Source: Paragordius varius
Lineage: Eukaryota > Animalia > Nematomorpha
Assembly: GCA_964247055.1 (NCBI GenBank)
Contig: OZ176055.1
Span: forward strand, 1,178,001 to 1,242,000
Direction of reading: 5' to 3'
Length of the DNA stretch: 64,000 nt
Part shown: positions 13,517 through 30,000 of the stretch, piece by piece
How positions within the stretch are numbered: position 1 is the first letter of the stretch
Layout: each line of letters begins with the position of its first letter
Position numbers and translations under genes: made by a program
Notes under the pieces: generated by a model
The model's database searches: none
Told to the model about the DNA's origin: nothing
The model's input: only the letters and a program-made list of their open reading frames with translations

Positions 13517-15875
13517 ATGGATCTCATCATGAAAACTCAAAATGCGATAATGTTTAGTAATTTCAGCGCTTTTAATACGAATTTGTTACACAAAAATAAT
13601 TATTTTATCAACAACAATAACAATAAGAGTTGTATTGATTTGATGGAATTGAAGGAATCACAATTCATACACATAATGGTTTATTGGATTTGTTCCATGT
13701 GTACTCTGTTGTTTGGGCTGGTAGGTAATTTTTTGGGTTTTATCATGATTCATAATCCATCATCTTTCAAAGGGTTTAGAATATCTAAAAGAGGACGGCC
13801 CGACACCAAAAGTAATGGAATTGATCTAGAAAAAGGAGGGAACATCGATAGCTCCTTAATTAAGGCGAATTCATGTAATTCCTCTTCGAACCAGGAAAAG
13901 GACTCTAATAATAATAATAATATTAAAAGCGAAGAATTTATCCATGCAAGAACGGGCGTTACAAGGTACCTCCTAAAAGTTTTTTATGCCCTAAATTTTA
14001 TCAATGTGCTTACGCTCATCCCGTCCCCGATAGCGGAAATGTTAGGTCTAACAAATGCGGGTTGGTTACCGCCTCGGAGTCATTGGTGGTTAACTAGGAG
14101 CTGGAATACATACCTGGCAAATATTAATAAACCTTTAACGAAACCCTTAGTTACCATAAGTTTTTACATTTATGTCCTATTGTTCGTTTGTCAATGCTTA
14201 GCTATTGCAAGGCCTTTTCGATACCGTTCTCTTGTAACGCTCAAAAAAATTAAGGTGTGCTTAGTAATTGGTACTATATATGCCTACGTTTGGTATTTAC
14301 CGACCCTAACGTGGAAAAGGGTACAAAAAATATCAGTTTGCCCTGATAAATTGCAAACGTTTTCACATCTTAATTCCAGAGATCTTGGGGCCGAAACGTA
14401 TATTTATGTCATTTGGTCACCTCCAATTGATATGCCTTACCGGAAAGTATATCTAACTTATCAATTTATGCGCGAGGTTTGTACAAAAATATTACCCTTC
14501 TTGATAATCATGGGGGTAAAAATTTACATCGTAAATATGGAAAGATCCATTATAAGCTCATTGAGTCACCTCCTTGCATCTACAAACGAATTTCGTCACA
14601 AATATACCATTGCAAGCTTATCTCCAAAAGCACTAAACATAAATAAATTCCAGTTTATGACAAGCCCTAAGGCAAAATTGTTTGATCAATCTGCGAAATA
14701 TTGTGAAACCAACCAACCTTTAAATTCCGCTCCACGCAAAACTGAATCCTTAATGGTCAAGAGTCCATCCAAAAGATTAAATCCTAAAAATATCCCCTTT
14801 CAAAACCGTTTACGTAAATTGCAACAAGAAAATTTGATGCATTTACGAACAATTTGGATCCTTGGGTTTGAATTTGTTTTTCTTATGATGCCAGTGTCTT
14901 GTATGCAAATGTCTATGGATTTTCTCATGCTACGATTCAATGCAAAAGTCCTTAGTTTAGTTTATTGCGCATTAAACATAATGGAATTCATTTACATTAG
15001 TTCAACGTTTTACATTAATATGCTTTTCAACACATCTTTCCGTCGAAGTGTATCATTGCGCATGGTATATAAATTTTTTTGCCAATTAATATTACAAAAA
15101 ACAAAAATTAAAGTAAATTATATTTATGAATTAAACGATATTTTTATAATGCTAATTTTTTTTCGTATAGTTCCTATTTACAAATGTTAAATATAAAAAA
15201 TGAGGTCGTTACCAACTCACATTTTCGCACCCCAAACGATAGTTTATATTAAAGTTCAAAAATATGGTTCACATTATAAAAAAAATATTAGCCTTTTACT
15301 CTCTATGATTTGTCTTAAAAATTTAAATTTTTACTGATTTGTTACGATTAAACTTACAATTGGGTTTGGGTCTGCCTTGATCACTATAACTGAGACAAGT
15401 AAAAAAGTAGTCCCTATTTCAAACATATGTTTACCACTTAGTATGATATAAATTAAATGATTTAACCCAAAATTGTCGTAAATTTGCTAATTTATTTATT
15501 TTGATAATAATGTCTTCATGACATGAAAAGAAATTATATTTACATTTCAAATAAAGGAGTGAAATTCGCCTACTCATCAGTTTTTTCAGTTTCGTTTAAT
15601 TGATAAAATCATTAACATAAGGAGTTGAGAAAATAAATAATGGTTACTAAAAAAGAAAAATTCTTTTCGAAGCATTTAAGAAAAAACCAATTGAAAATAT
15701 TCGAAATACACAAATGAATCATTCTTTTAAAAGCATTTTAAAATCATTATTCCCAGAAATCTAAAGCTGTTTTAAAATTTATATATTCCTTGTATATCAG
15801 ATTTTTATTAAAACAATATTTTTTATTCAGGAGCAGTTTTCCTCACATTTCCGTAATATGTTGAATGAATCATGA
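13517..15875 (+). CDS. Class A (rhodopsin-like) 7TM receptor, FMRFamide/peptide-receptor-like, with degenerate activation motifs
   Basis: ORF 13517-15190 has seven hydrophobic segments (GLVGNFLG; YLLKVFYALN; LLFVCQCLAIARPF; YVWYLP; KILPFLI; FVFLMMP; STFYINMLFNTSFR). Probable splice at ATG|GT (exon ends 15064) to a last exon 15831-15875 (ttcag|EQFSSHFRNMLNES*), giving about 530 aa; the unspliced ORF ends at 15190. Confidence 0.82.
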
Positions 15876-16720
15876 AATACAATTAAATATCAAAGTGATC
15901 TCATCCATCCATTCCAGCTATGTGTATAATTGATCGAATTAGCTCATCATCTTGAAAAAATATAATTTTTTATATTTATACTATAATATTTTTAGAGTTT
16001 TTTGATGACAATGCGATTTTTAAAGTATTTTTTAATCTTGGTGGTTTTAAGAATATGATTTTTATGATTTTTTGGCTATTACTAGAAATAACATTTCAGA
16101 TTAACATTGTAGAATGTATCATAAACTATTTATCGAATATATATTTGTTAAGCAGATATAAAAAATCTCATTGGTCAATTATTAATTAAAAAAATTACCC
16201 ATTTGTTATGGATTTAATAGTTATCCATAAATTTAAAATAAATGAAATTTTTGTGGTTTTACATGATTTTTTGATAATATTTAGATAAACAATTTTAAGG
16301 CCGATGCCTAAAATGCCTTATTTTTTACAATAATATAAAATTAAGTGAGAAAGAATTATTAAAAATAGTAAGAAACCTTATTATTGGTTTAAGGGTTTTA
16401 ATTGGTTAACCAAATAAACAAAATTGTAAGTGAAATATATTTTTTAGTTAAAAATTGTTAACTTGCTTATATACATTAAAAAAATATTCAATCCAATTAA
16501 TTAATTTTTCTAATATTAATAATATGTCTGGTATAATAGCAAGTGATTAAAAGCTCTCTTTGTAGAGGCGGTTGATAAATCTAGGATACAATAAGCGATA
16601 AAATCTTACTATAATTCATCTATAAGTCCGTTCATTTATGAGGTGAAAATTAAATAGAAAAGTTTAAAAGTATTTAGAGATAAAAAAACAAAAAAAAGAA
16701 TCATGGTGTATCAAAAAAAG

Positions 16721-16792
16721 GTGTGGCAGACCCAGGTCGCCACTGACCACAAAAGACGTCACTTGCTGCCCTTCCCTACACCAGTCAATGGT
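16721..16792 (-). repeat. GC-rich structured element, copy 1 (small RNA or SINE-like candidate)
   Basis: The reverse complement aligns with 55513-55583 with 8 mismatches and 1 gap over 72 nt; followed by a T7 run on this strand. Confidence 0.7.
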
Positions 16793-18431
16793 GGCTGTAT
16801 AGTTTAGTCGGGGTGTCAATTTTATATTTAGTTAACCAAGAAACCATAATCCTATATGCCCGTGAAGGAAACAGAAAATGTATTGGAATCTGTAGGCACC
16901 ATTTTTTGGTTGACTATTTTAAAGGAAAGTTTAAAAATGTTATCAGTAAGGACATACAAAACAATCACATATAATTGTAATTAAATTTATCATAGAATGT
17001 TGGTTTTATGATGCATTTTTGAAAAATATAGATAATTGTAGCACATTGTGTTTTTATCCATAAGTACCAAAAAAAATTATTCTATTAAAGTATAAAAAAA
17101 TCATTCGATGAAAATTTATAATATTAACCACTATTGTTTCGGTTTTAAAAAGGGTAATTGAAACCAAGGCCAGAAAAAATATTACTGAAAACCGAAAATA
17201 GAGAAAACCTGTTCCGATTTTTGTTCCCTTTCGTAGAATTATTAAGAAACATACGTGTTTTAACTAAAATATGATCATCAAACATTAAATTATTATATAT
17301 TGGATATAAACAAGCAGTTACATTTTTACATTTCATTTGGGCTGTACTCCAGAGCTCGAATATTTACTAACATATGTTGGACCAAATTTTTAATATGCAT
17401 TCTTAGTCTTGGCACATGATTCAAAAGTTTTTCTGGAAAACGTAAATAAAATTGTGAAAAATCCTATCCTTTATCACTTCTTTTTTTTGGTTTTTTTAAT
17501 CCATGCAAACAAACAAATTGTGTGCTATGATTTAAAAATGTAAAGAAATCTTTTAGAAATAAAATTTTTTGTATGTTTCGATCGGGTTTTTAATATCCAG
17601 ATTTCGGACTCTATAATCAAACTTCATTAAATATAATATCGAAGAAAAGAAAAGGTATGAGATGTTAAAAAATATCACAAAAATTTGCTGTTGACACTTA
17701 AATTCAAATTTAGGTTGGCGATACCAGGCCTGTTTAAAGTCAAAACTAAAAATATGAATCAAATTTAAACCATTGCAAAAGTTGCCACTGCCACTGTTAC
17801 CATTTATAAAAAAGGATTAATTAAAAAAAATTTTATATTACCTATTTTATGGATCTTAAGGTAAAACTTTAGTCGATGACATGAGTGCATAAGCTAAATA
17901 AAATATTTATTTAATATATAACCCACTTTTTCTGTTTATATCAATGTTAGATGTAATTTCGACACCCTTTTACCTTTTGGGCGTAGTTTTATATCATAGA
18001 GAGATTTGAAATTTGATAAACTTAAAAAATGTTTAAATTATTAAACCGAATTTAATATGCTTTCTTTAATCTTTTAGGAGCATTATACAAAATTTTTCTT
18101 AAAGTGTAATTTTGTAAAAAACCCTTATTTCCACTTTATTTTACTAGAAAAGCTGGATATAAATTGATTGTAATATCAGCTGTTTATCAGGTTTAGGGGT
18201 TGTCCAACTCTTGGACTTTAAAAATCACAAAACTGTCAGATACATGAGAACAATCTTTGAAAATTAAATAACTAAAACTTTTATAACTGTAGATTACTTA
18301 ATATTTTAAACTCTCGGATATAAAAATCTCTGCCCCAATATGAATAGAAGAAAAACCTTAAAAGGTAATGAAGTATTAATTAAAACCATAGAGGACTAAA
18401 GCCGTTTCTTTCAGTGATTTAAATTATTTAA

Positions 18432-18560
18432 TTAAGTTCTAGGTTCGCTAGATACACCAATTTGAATCGCACTGAATAATTTGGCGATTAAATGTTTTTT
18501 TATCATAGGATGTAAACAAAAAAATTTGCATAAAGCAAAGGCAATACAATGCATATTTAA
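18432..18560 (-). mobile_element. Possible hAT transposase C-terminal dimerisation-domain remnant
   Basis: HPMIKKHLIAKLFSAIQIGVSSE resembles the yP.L..iA.kl.S.p.ss.ssER motif. Confidence 0.35.
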
Positions 18561-18662
18561 ACTTTTACCCATTATTTTAGATAGTTTTAAATTAAATACA
18601 AAATTAACTGCGGTATAATATTCCAAAAATTATAGAAGTTTTAAGTAAGGGACATATATACA

Positions 18663-19238
18663 TTAACACTTCGATTTAATTTGGGGTATTTAAATACCCC
18701 AGACTAAATTTGAGTTGGAATTTTTAAAAAACTACTGAATGAAACGGTCCCAATTTAGATTTATGGTTCTATCCTAATAAATATATAATGCCAAAATATC
18801 TAAATAAAATTTTGTTTTGAAAAAAAAGTTCCATGTCAAACTACTTGGACGCCATTTTTATTTTACAAAATTTTTGCAAAATATCGTCTTATTTAATTTT
18901 AAGGGTAAAATTAAAACTATTTTTTATTTAAATTACATCTAACATTGATAGAAATAGAAAAAGCGGTTTATTGCGTAGTATTTTTCAATTTTACCATTCC
19001 ACACATGTCACGTTGATGAAATTTCTGCCTCTGGATATTAGCTAAAAATAAGTTATATCAAGTATTTTTATATAAATTTTTTTTATATATTTCGGTTTAT
19101 AATGTTATATAAGAATTTTGCCATGGTTTCGATTCCTTCTTTATATTTTTAAGAATTTAATTTTAAACAGGCCTGGGGTATTTAACTACCCCAATTTGAA
19201 TCAAAGAACTAAAATGAATCTGTTGTATTAAGTGTTAA
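18663..19238 (+). mobile_element. piggyBac-type MITE (family A)
   Basis: Same termini, TTAA at both ends, collinear with 4686-5268. Confidence 0.85.
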
Positions 19239-19570
19239 AATGTATTTTTAAGTTATGGATACTAAAGAATATTTTATTTGTAAATTTTACACGATTTACA
19301 GTGGTAGGTAAACATTTTACAATATTAAACAAAAAAATATATTAAAAAAGGTACATCTATACTGACTGAAGTGTAATTATTATATTTATTATTTTTATTT
19401 ATAACTATAATAAAATTAGCTGAATAACATATATAAAAAACTTGGTATAGATATATATATTACCGCGTGGTGTTATATATGGCAAAGGGCGCCTTAAAAG
19501 AGGCGCTTAATGCGTTTTAAAACATTTTTGCGTTTTTTAACGTTTTCTTTGTTTCCTCACTTTTTTGTCT

Positions 19571-22514
<2,944 letters not shown>

Positions 22515-23038
22515 ATATAGATTTTTTTTAAATCCACCCATGAATCTATTTTAGCGAAAAAATGAAAGTTATGAAATCGAAACATATTAAAAAATTATAT
22601 TTTAATATACCTTCATTTTTTTCAATATAACGTATCCCTTACGGTTCCTGAAATATGAAATGAATTTTGTGTTTTATATCTGTTGTAAGTAATAAACGTT
22701 ACATGTGGAAAATTAAGGATTTATCGATTCCTATGATTAAAACTTTCCAAAATGATATTGGCGGCCTCAATATTTTAGCTCTATTATAACTTTGATTTTT
22801 ATCGTATATATGGTTTTTAAATAATTTGATGATTTCGCATTTTTAAACAAAACCATGTAGATTACAGTAGTATAGTATAGACATAGTTTATATGAACTCT
22901 TTATAAGGAAATGTGTTAAAAGACACTTTTACTTAACTTTTATTCACCCCATCTTTGCAACATATTATTGAATGATATATATATATATATATATATATAA
23001 CTTGCTACATATTTATTTATTATAATTTATATATGTGA

Positions 23039-23078
<40 letters not shown>

Positions 23079-23659
23079 TGTACAATACGATACATCTCTA
23101 TCTAATGCATATTATACAATTTAACTGTGTACTATAACACCCGGAAAAACGAGAAATAAATATATATATATATATAACCGGTATATTTTTATTATAATAA
23201 TATTTGGATTTTTTAGGCATTTGACGCGCGTTGATAAAATAGTCGTCAAAGCTTAGATATTATTGTAAAATAATTTTTTATTTACACTCAGTGGGTTTTT
23301 GCATCGATTGAATAGGGATTCCGCGGTTGTTTTATTGGTTACAATGTTCTATTTATTGACCAAGTTGTCCAATTATACCTATTTCTAATGGGGTATAGTA
23401 AAATGAATTATAATTTATGTCAAAATTTGGTAGTCTATTAGCCCAAGTATACCTAGGATAGTACGAGAATATAAGAGTTTAATACCACAGTGTGAATAAT
23501 AATACATTGCCAGTGTTATATATTAACTAATAATATTTAACTTCATTAAATATAGCAATGTATCTACTTATACAGTATAAAGATAGATAGATAGCTGTTG
23601 TCAAGGGGTCCCTTGGCATCCCGTCGTGACGGGGTTTAGGTGTTTGATCATTGCATTGA

Positions 23660-24060
23660 AGGATTTTTTGTTTAACCAGTCCCCGGCTTTTATGTTTTTG
23701 GCCTGTAGGTCTTGGGTAATGTTTTTGTCCCATGTTATTGCTGGACGACCAACTCAGTTTTGTTTGTTATATTTTTAATCCAATTATCGTTATCTAATCT
23801 TTGAATGTGACCGTAATAGCCAAGTCTACGGATTTGAATATATTTTAAAATTGGTAGGATTTGTTTATCATGAGAGATTGTTCGCTTAAATGTATTTATC
23901 ATTCTTTGTTCCATATTATCCAGCATATTTTCCTGTGTTTTACTTATTTGCCATGTTACGCAAGCATAAGTTTTAGTAGGTCTAACGCCAATTAGGTAAC
24001 ACTTTAAATTTATGATTACTAAACAAATCTAGATTTTCGTTCTACATTTGTTCGTATAGC
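23660..24060 (-). mobile_element. LINE (RTE-like) 3' ORF remnant
   Basis: RPTKTYACVTWQISKTQENML...IQIRRLGYYGHIQRLDNDNW, typical of the post-RT region of RTE/CR1-like LINEs; contains stops. Confidence 0.72.
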
Positions 24061-24107
24061 AAATTGGGTGATACAGGTATTACTTTGATCTTGTATTATA
24101 TGATATA

Positions 24108-24308
24108 TATAAAGTATGAGTGAGTATACATTGCTAGAAAGATATAATTATTGCCAAATATCATATACAACAAAGGGCAGGCAGTATATTTGGCTCATAG
24201 TTATTTTCTTCATTTTTAACATTGTTAGCCAATAATTCCCTTTGCTGCATATGCTATTTGGCGGCAATAATTAATAACTTTCTAGCAATATATACTTACT
24301 CATACTGT
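24108..24308. mobile_element. Palindromic MITE, older
   Basis: AGTATGAGTGAGTATACATTGCTAGAAAG...CTTTCTAGCAATATATACTTACTCATACTG|TA inverted arms. Confidence 0.65.
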
Positions 24309-25582
24309 ATATAAAAAAAATATGCGTTTATTATAAACCTTTTTATACCTAGACCTAAAAACAAAGTTTTTAATCATTGTAAGCTAATAAATGGTCATGG
24401 TGAAACGTTCAATTTTTCAAAGCCAAGATCACATGTAACAATACGCATTTTCTTGAAATGAAAAAATTATGATAAATTTACACTTAAAATTTAAACAACT
24501 TAGTATTCAAGGGAGAAACCATACCACCTTTTAAACCTGGATTTTTTCTATATAAATTGTTTAATACAATTGTGAAATATAATTGAGTGTGTTACCAATT
24601 TACATTTCATATAATTTGCAATTTAAAACAATTAGTTATATTTAAAAAAGAATCAATAAATCGGTTGAAAAAAATATTTGTATTTCTGTTTTTACGCTTT
24701 GTTTGTGTAATTCCAATTTTTACCTTAACATTCTTAAAATTGGACGAGACGATGAAAAGGTGAAAAAAATTAAGGAATATGAAATGGACAGGAAAAAGAA
24801 TGTAAATATATATGTTTTGGAGCACACAAAGTTTTTAAAAGTCACAAGTATTTATAAAATTTTATAGAAACAATAATTTAAAGTTTTTTAAAAAACTGCT
24901 ATAATTACACAAAAAATAATTTTAAGACCGCTTTCCCGGTTTTGGCTTAGGGTATTGCTAACCATTCACCCAAAGTCTAAAACTTTTATGCGCTAAGTTT
25001 TATGTGATATCCTAATTATATTTAAGATATTACTGGAGTCTAAAATGTGGATGAAAAGGCTAAAAAACTGTATCAAATTATTTGTCTTTCATCAACAAAC
25101 TGAACTGTTGCGTGCTGAAAAAGGTTGAACATATTCGTATAAAATGCAATAAAATTTAACACAAAGGGTCAATTTTTTATTAAATTATAACAAAAATAAC
25201 GTTATAGTTAGTTTTAATCGATATGCATAATTATGAATGTCTGATCACAATTTAATAAGTAATTTAATGGTTTTACCATAGTTAATATTTTAATATAGAA
25301 ATTATTTTTTTTCATGCTAACATAATAATAATCAAACTATAGTTTAAAAACCATAAGGATAGTGTACATATTTAATATTTCCCAAAATTTATATACAGGT
25401 CTCAATAATTAAACTTTTTTAAAAACCCATGAGTTGCTCCCATTAATAATTAAAGTTTTGTTATAAAAAATGTTTTTCAGGCTTGGAAATTATTCAATTT
25501 ACTACAAAGAAAAAATGCTTGGTTTTTTTTCCATACCGCTCCTAGACAAACTTGTAAATTATATAATACTCTCACAAAATTA

Positions 25583-25773
25583 CAAAATGCATTTTAATGG
25601 TTGCTTATTTCACACTATAAAAGGGGGCAATTTGAAAGCACAGTAGTGTATGGAAAAAAACGACAAAATTTTGAATAAACCATTATTTCCCATCTTTTTT
25701 CCATACACTACCGTGTTGCAAATTGCCCCCTACTATAGTGTGTGAAATAAGCAACCATTAAAATGGATTACTG
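25583..25773. mobile_element. Nearly fully palindromic ~190-bp MITE (family D); other copies 1719-1908, 3080-3268, 42777-42937, 43498-43688
   Basis: TA|CAGTATGCATTTTAATGGTTGCTTATTTCACACTATAGTAGGGGGCAATTTGCAACACAGTAGTGTATGGAAAAAA mirrored on the right arm with only a short spacer. Confidence 0.85.
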
Positions 25774-26020
25774 TATAATGTAAAAATCTACTAAATAATT
25801 TTTTATGTCTGGTACAATATCTGTTGTTTAAGTCCTTTGTAGAAGCATTATTTTCCACATGTAATTTTTTAAATTTATTATTTCATGAGACAACACAAAA
25901 AAAGGGGAAAAAAGATAATTACATTGAAAACATAATTATATATATATATATATATATAAGGAAAACATGCATGAAATAAGCATTTAGTTAATAAAAAAAT
26001 ATAATTTTTTTTTTAAAATG

Positions 26021-26983
26021 TTAAAAGAAATCGTCTTCATCAGATTCAGCCAATTGTTTTGCAATTTCCATATCTAATTGCTCTTTTTCTCGACGGTTCT
26101 AAACTCACAATGACAAATAAAAAAACGTCAAAATTTAAAGACTAGTATTTTTTTATTAAGACTTAACATTTTATTTAGAGACCAACTATAATTTTTTTAA
26201 ATATAACTTGGTGATTTGCATTACCATTATTGGTAAATAATCAGTTTTATACTTTACAATTGCAATAATTAAAATTATAAAGTTATAAAACAAAATCAGA
26301 ATATTATCCGTAAAATATATCTCTTAGTTTTATGTTTCTTTAAAATCAATTATACTGTATAACCAGGATCTTTATTAAAACTTTTTTTATTCACAGTAAA
26401 ATTTTATTGGTTAAGAAGTTATTAAAATTGATAATTAAGGAAAAAAAGCACGCGCATTTTGCTAAAAAAATTTGATATAACGAAAAAAATAATTAAAAAC
26501 CGATCTTGTCACATTATATAGCATTAAATTGTATTAAATATTTACAAAAAAAAGTTTCAAAAGAAAATTAAAGACGGTATATAAAACACCAAAAAATACC
26601 TCATTAGATTCGTTATCTTCCGCAATTTTGGGTGGGTATCGCAAAGACTAAATATTAAATATAGTGTATCAAAAATTTAATACAGTTAATATATATATAT
26701 ATATATATATAAAGTGTATTTCTCGATTTATTAAATAGTATGATTTATAGAGACTTATTAAATTGATAATAATTAATCAATCAGGCTTAATCAACTTTAA
26801 TAAACCTACAGTCTATAACCATTGGCCATATTAAGTATCAATAAATTAGTAATTAGAGTTTAAAATAATTTAGATAGATCATTATGAAAAGTTTTGGACA
26901 TTGATCATGCTTTATAGAAACGTTTTATATACTAACTCAATACATATCGATATTACTATTTTTTAGGGTAATATTATAAAATC

Positions 26984-27014
<31 letters not shown>

Positions 27015-30000
27015 CGACCATTTTTTTCCACAAACAACTAAAACAATCTAAATTATAATTTCAAAAATTTGGATTTCAATGTTCTCAAAATCAAAAAGAA
27101 GAGTATTTAAACAATCTTTTAAAGAATCTACATTACCTTGACACACTTATCATAAATTTCCATGCAAAATGTGATGCGTTCATGGAATATTCGATTCGGT
27201 TCCTCGTTAATTACATTCGATGCGTTTGAGATACCACTATTGAAACAATTATTATTATTGCCAATCAATGTATCACATCCAGAGATGGTAAAACCATCAG
27301 ACATAAGTGAATTCAACCATTGTTTCTGTTGCGTCTGATCGTTTTTATTGTCAAAAATCAGGTGATCTGCATGGTTGGAAGCAGTGGTAGCCGGTAAAAA
27401 ACCTGAAATCATAGAAGTCTGGGCAAATAACTCGAAATTTTGTCCACAAAGACCGGTAAGGATACGACCTAGTCGTCCATTAACAAGGTAAACTGTGGTT
27501 GTTTTGCCTTTTTCTGAATCCTAATAACACATAAGCAATATAGAGTAAAAATTAAATCAAAAGGACAAAACGTTAAAAATATAAAGACAAATATTTTTTT
27601 CCAAAAAGAATACTTTTTTATAAAAATTTATTGTTTAAAAGTGCAAATGTTGTAAAATAGAGACGTAGATTGGTGATACAATAAATTAGGTATTATGGAA
27701 GATTGTAATTAAATGATTTTTATAGGATAAATTAAGGCTTTAAAGTGTATAGTTTTATCTTTGCTTAAAAATTTGTCTTTATATTTTTACGTTTGTCCGT
27801 ATAATTTTAATTTTTAACCATGAATTTTTTTTCATGTGTTATATTATTTTATGACAAAAATATACAATATAACAGCAAAATATTCTAATTTTAAATGTAT
27901 ATTATTTTCTTCACATGTTGAAATAAAAATATATTTAATGACATTAAAATTATTAATAAAATAGATGTTTGGGATTATAAATTTATTAAATTATTTAAAA
28001 AATATATAAACAGGCGGTAAAATTTAGGCATAAATGCGTAAAAATAATCTAACATTTGAAAAAATAATACTTTGTTGCTATATATTTCGTTGATAAAAAA
28101 TTGGTTTTAAAAATACAGAATTTCGCGTTTATATATAATTACATATATAAAGCAATATATATATATATATTTACTGTTCAAATTCACCAATATGTTTTTT
28201 AGGATTAAAAATTACCTTTATTTTTAATATTTTTAAAATATTATAATGCTTAAAAAATAATAATATATATTAAAAAATTATTTCATATAAATGATGAGTT
28301 ATATTAGCCCAAAAACACATAATTTGAATTGTTCAAGCGTAAATTTGAATTGTTCAAGCGTGAATTTGAATTGTATAATGGTATACTTAAACAAAATTGG
28401 GAAACTGATAACCTTTTTGGTCAGAAAAGCGCAAATTAATCTCAAATATACACCTGAATAAAAATAAATTTACAAAAATTACCGTTTCAACAGCACCCCT
28501 TTTGCCCACATTTTTTGTAGCGGGCGGCGTGTCAAAATGTACAAGACACGAATCTATAACACAATCTCTGATAGCTTTTGCAATAACATATTCACAATCT
28601 GCAATGGATGAAAGTCCACTAAACAAATTATTTGATCTCAAATTATTGCTTTTTTCATTTGGTTTATTAGTTTTTGATGACGCGTTTGTAGTTACCGTCA
28701 TTTTAGAGCCTGCTGCGGTATTATTGTGATCGTGAGTTAAACCAAGTTTTAGCGTAACATCCGAGATGGGAATACGTGAATAGGATTGAGCAATCTTTTT
28801 TATACCTTGAATGTAATGTAATATAATGAAAGATATTATATAAATGGATTGAATTTTAATAAAACGCGCCGAAAAAGATAATATATAGGTTTGAATGCAA
28901 TATAAAAATCTATTATGAAATTATATTGAGTTTAACCGTTGAATACACAGTAAATATTGAAATTATACGGACAAAATGTAAAAATATAAAGACAAATATT
29001 TTTTTCTCTAACAGACAGACAACCAACCATACTTTTTAATTTTTGTTTAAAAAATATCATTGTTAATTGCATGGTGGAGTAGAGATGTATATGGATAAAA
29101 CACAATCAATTATATCTTACAATTTTTTAATATAATTAATAGATGTAGAGAAAATGAGGTTTAAAAAAATATGTTTGTCTTTATATTTTAAAGTTTTGTC
29201 CATATATTTTCAGTTTTTACTGTAATATACGCTTTATAAATATAACCAATCTTAAAATTTAGACGCATATGTTTTTCATTCTGAGTAATCGTTAAAAATA
29301 TTTATGAATATTGAGATAATTATGAATGTATTAAATGATTTGCAATTATTTTATTGATGAGCAGTTTAATTAAATAAAATAGTAAAAAACAATTTCAATC
29401 AATTTCAATTGTTATATATATATATATATCACAAGACATTTATATCACGTTTTAGTGTGCGACACTATTTTCAAATTCCCATTTTTCCTTGAATGGAGCA
29501 TTATTTCAGAATTAAATTTAGTCAAAACAAACTCATTGGTTTAAAAAATGGCAAAAAATATAAAAACTCACCAGTTTTCAACACCATTCGACTTAATCGT
29601 TGAATGAGAGTGTATGTGGAATCACTGATAAATTTGCGTTCATGCTTAGCCAACACACTATGAAACATATCTAAATCACCCAACCTTACACCTTGAGGTA
29701 AAAAAATATTATGAAAATAAAAACATACCATTTTTTTGGTTGTGTCAAAAAATAGCATATCTACGAACTAATATGTAAATTTGATTGCATCTTCTTAAAC
29801 ATATATATTTCCATACATTTTCATAAAAAAAAATAACTTTATTTAGAACAAAGATTGCATATTATAAAATGTATAAATTTTACTCAATAATATTAAAAAC
29901 CATAAGTATGAATCTAAAAATTGCAAATACGTTAATTAAAATCAATCATCAAATATATATTAAGGGAAAAGGTTCAAATTTAATTATTGTTTTGATTTCT

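Noticed and set aside
17145-17420. Possible transposase remnant around ORF 17145-17336
   Set aside because: Only vague resemblance to a YSP.LN.IE..W motif after assuming several mutations; not supportable.
19460-19510. CG-rich cluster upstream of RRM2 as E2F sites (ACCGCGTGG, GGGCGCC, GGCGC)
   Set aside because: Plausible for an S-phase gene, but no match to TTTSSCGC; too weak to call.
28502-28729. Antisense ORFs opposite real exons (also 8419-8682, 19712-19954, 32936-33142, 39796-39978, 57355-57582)
   Set aside because: Shadow ORFs of coding exons with no independent support.
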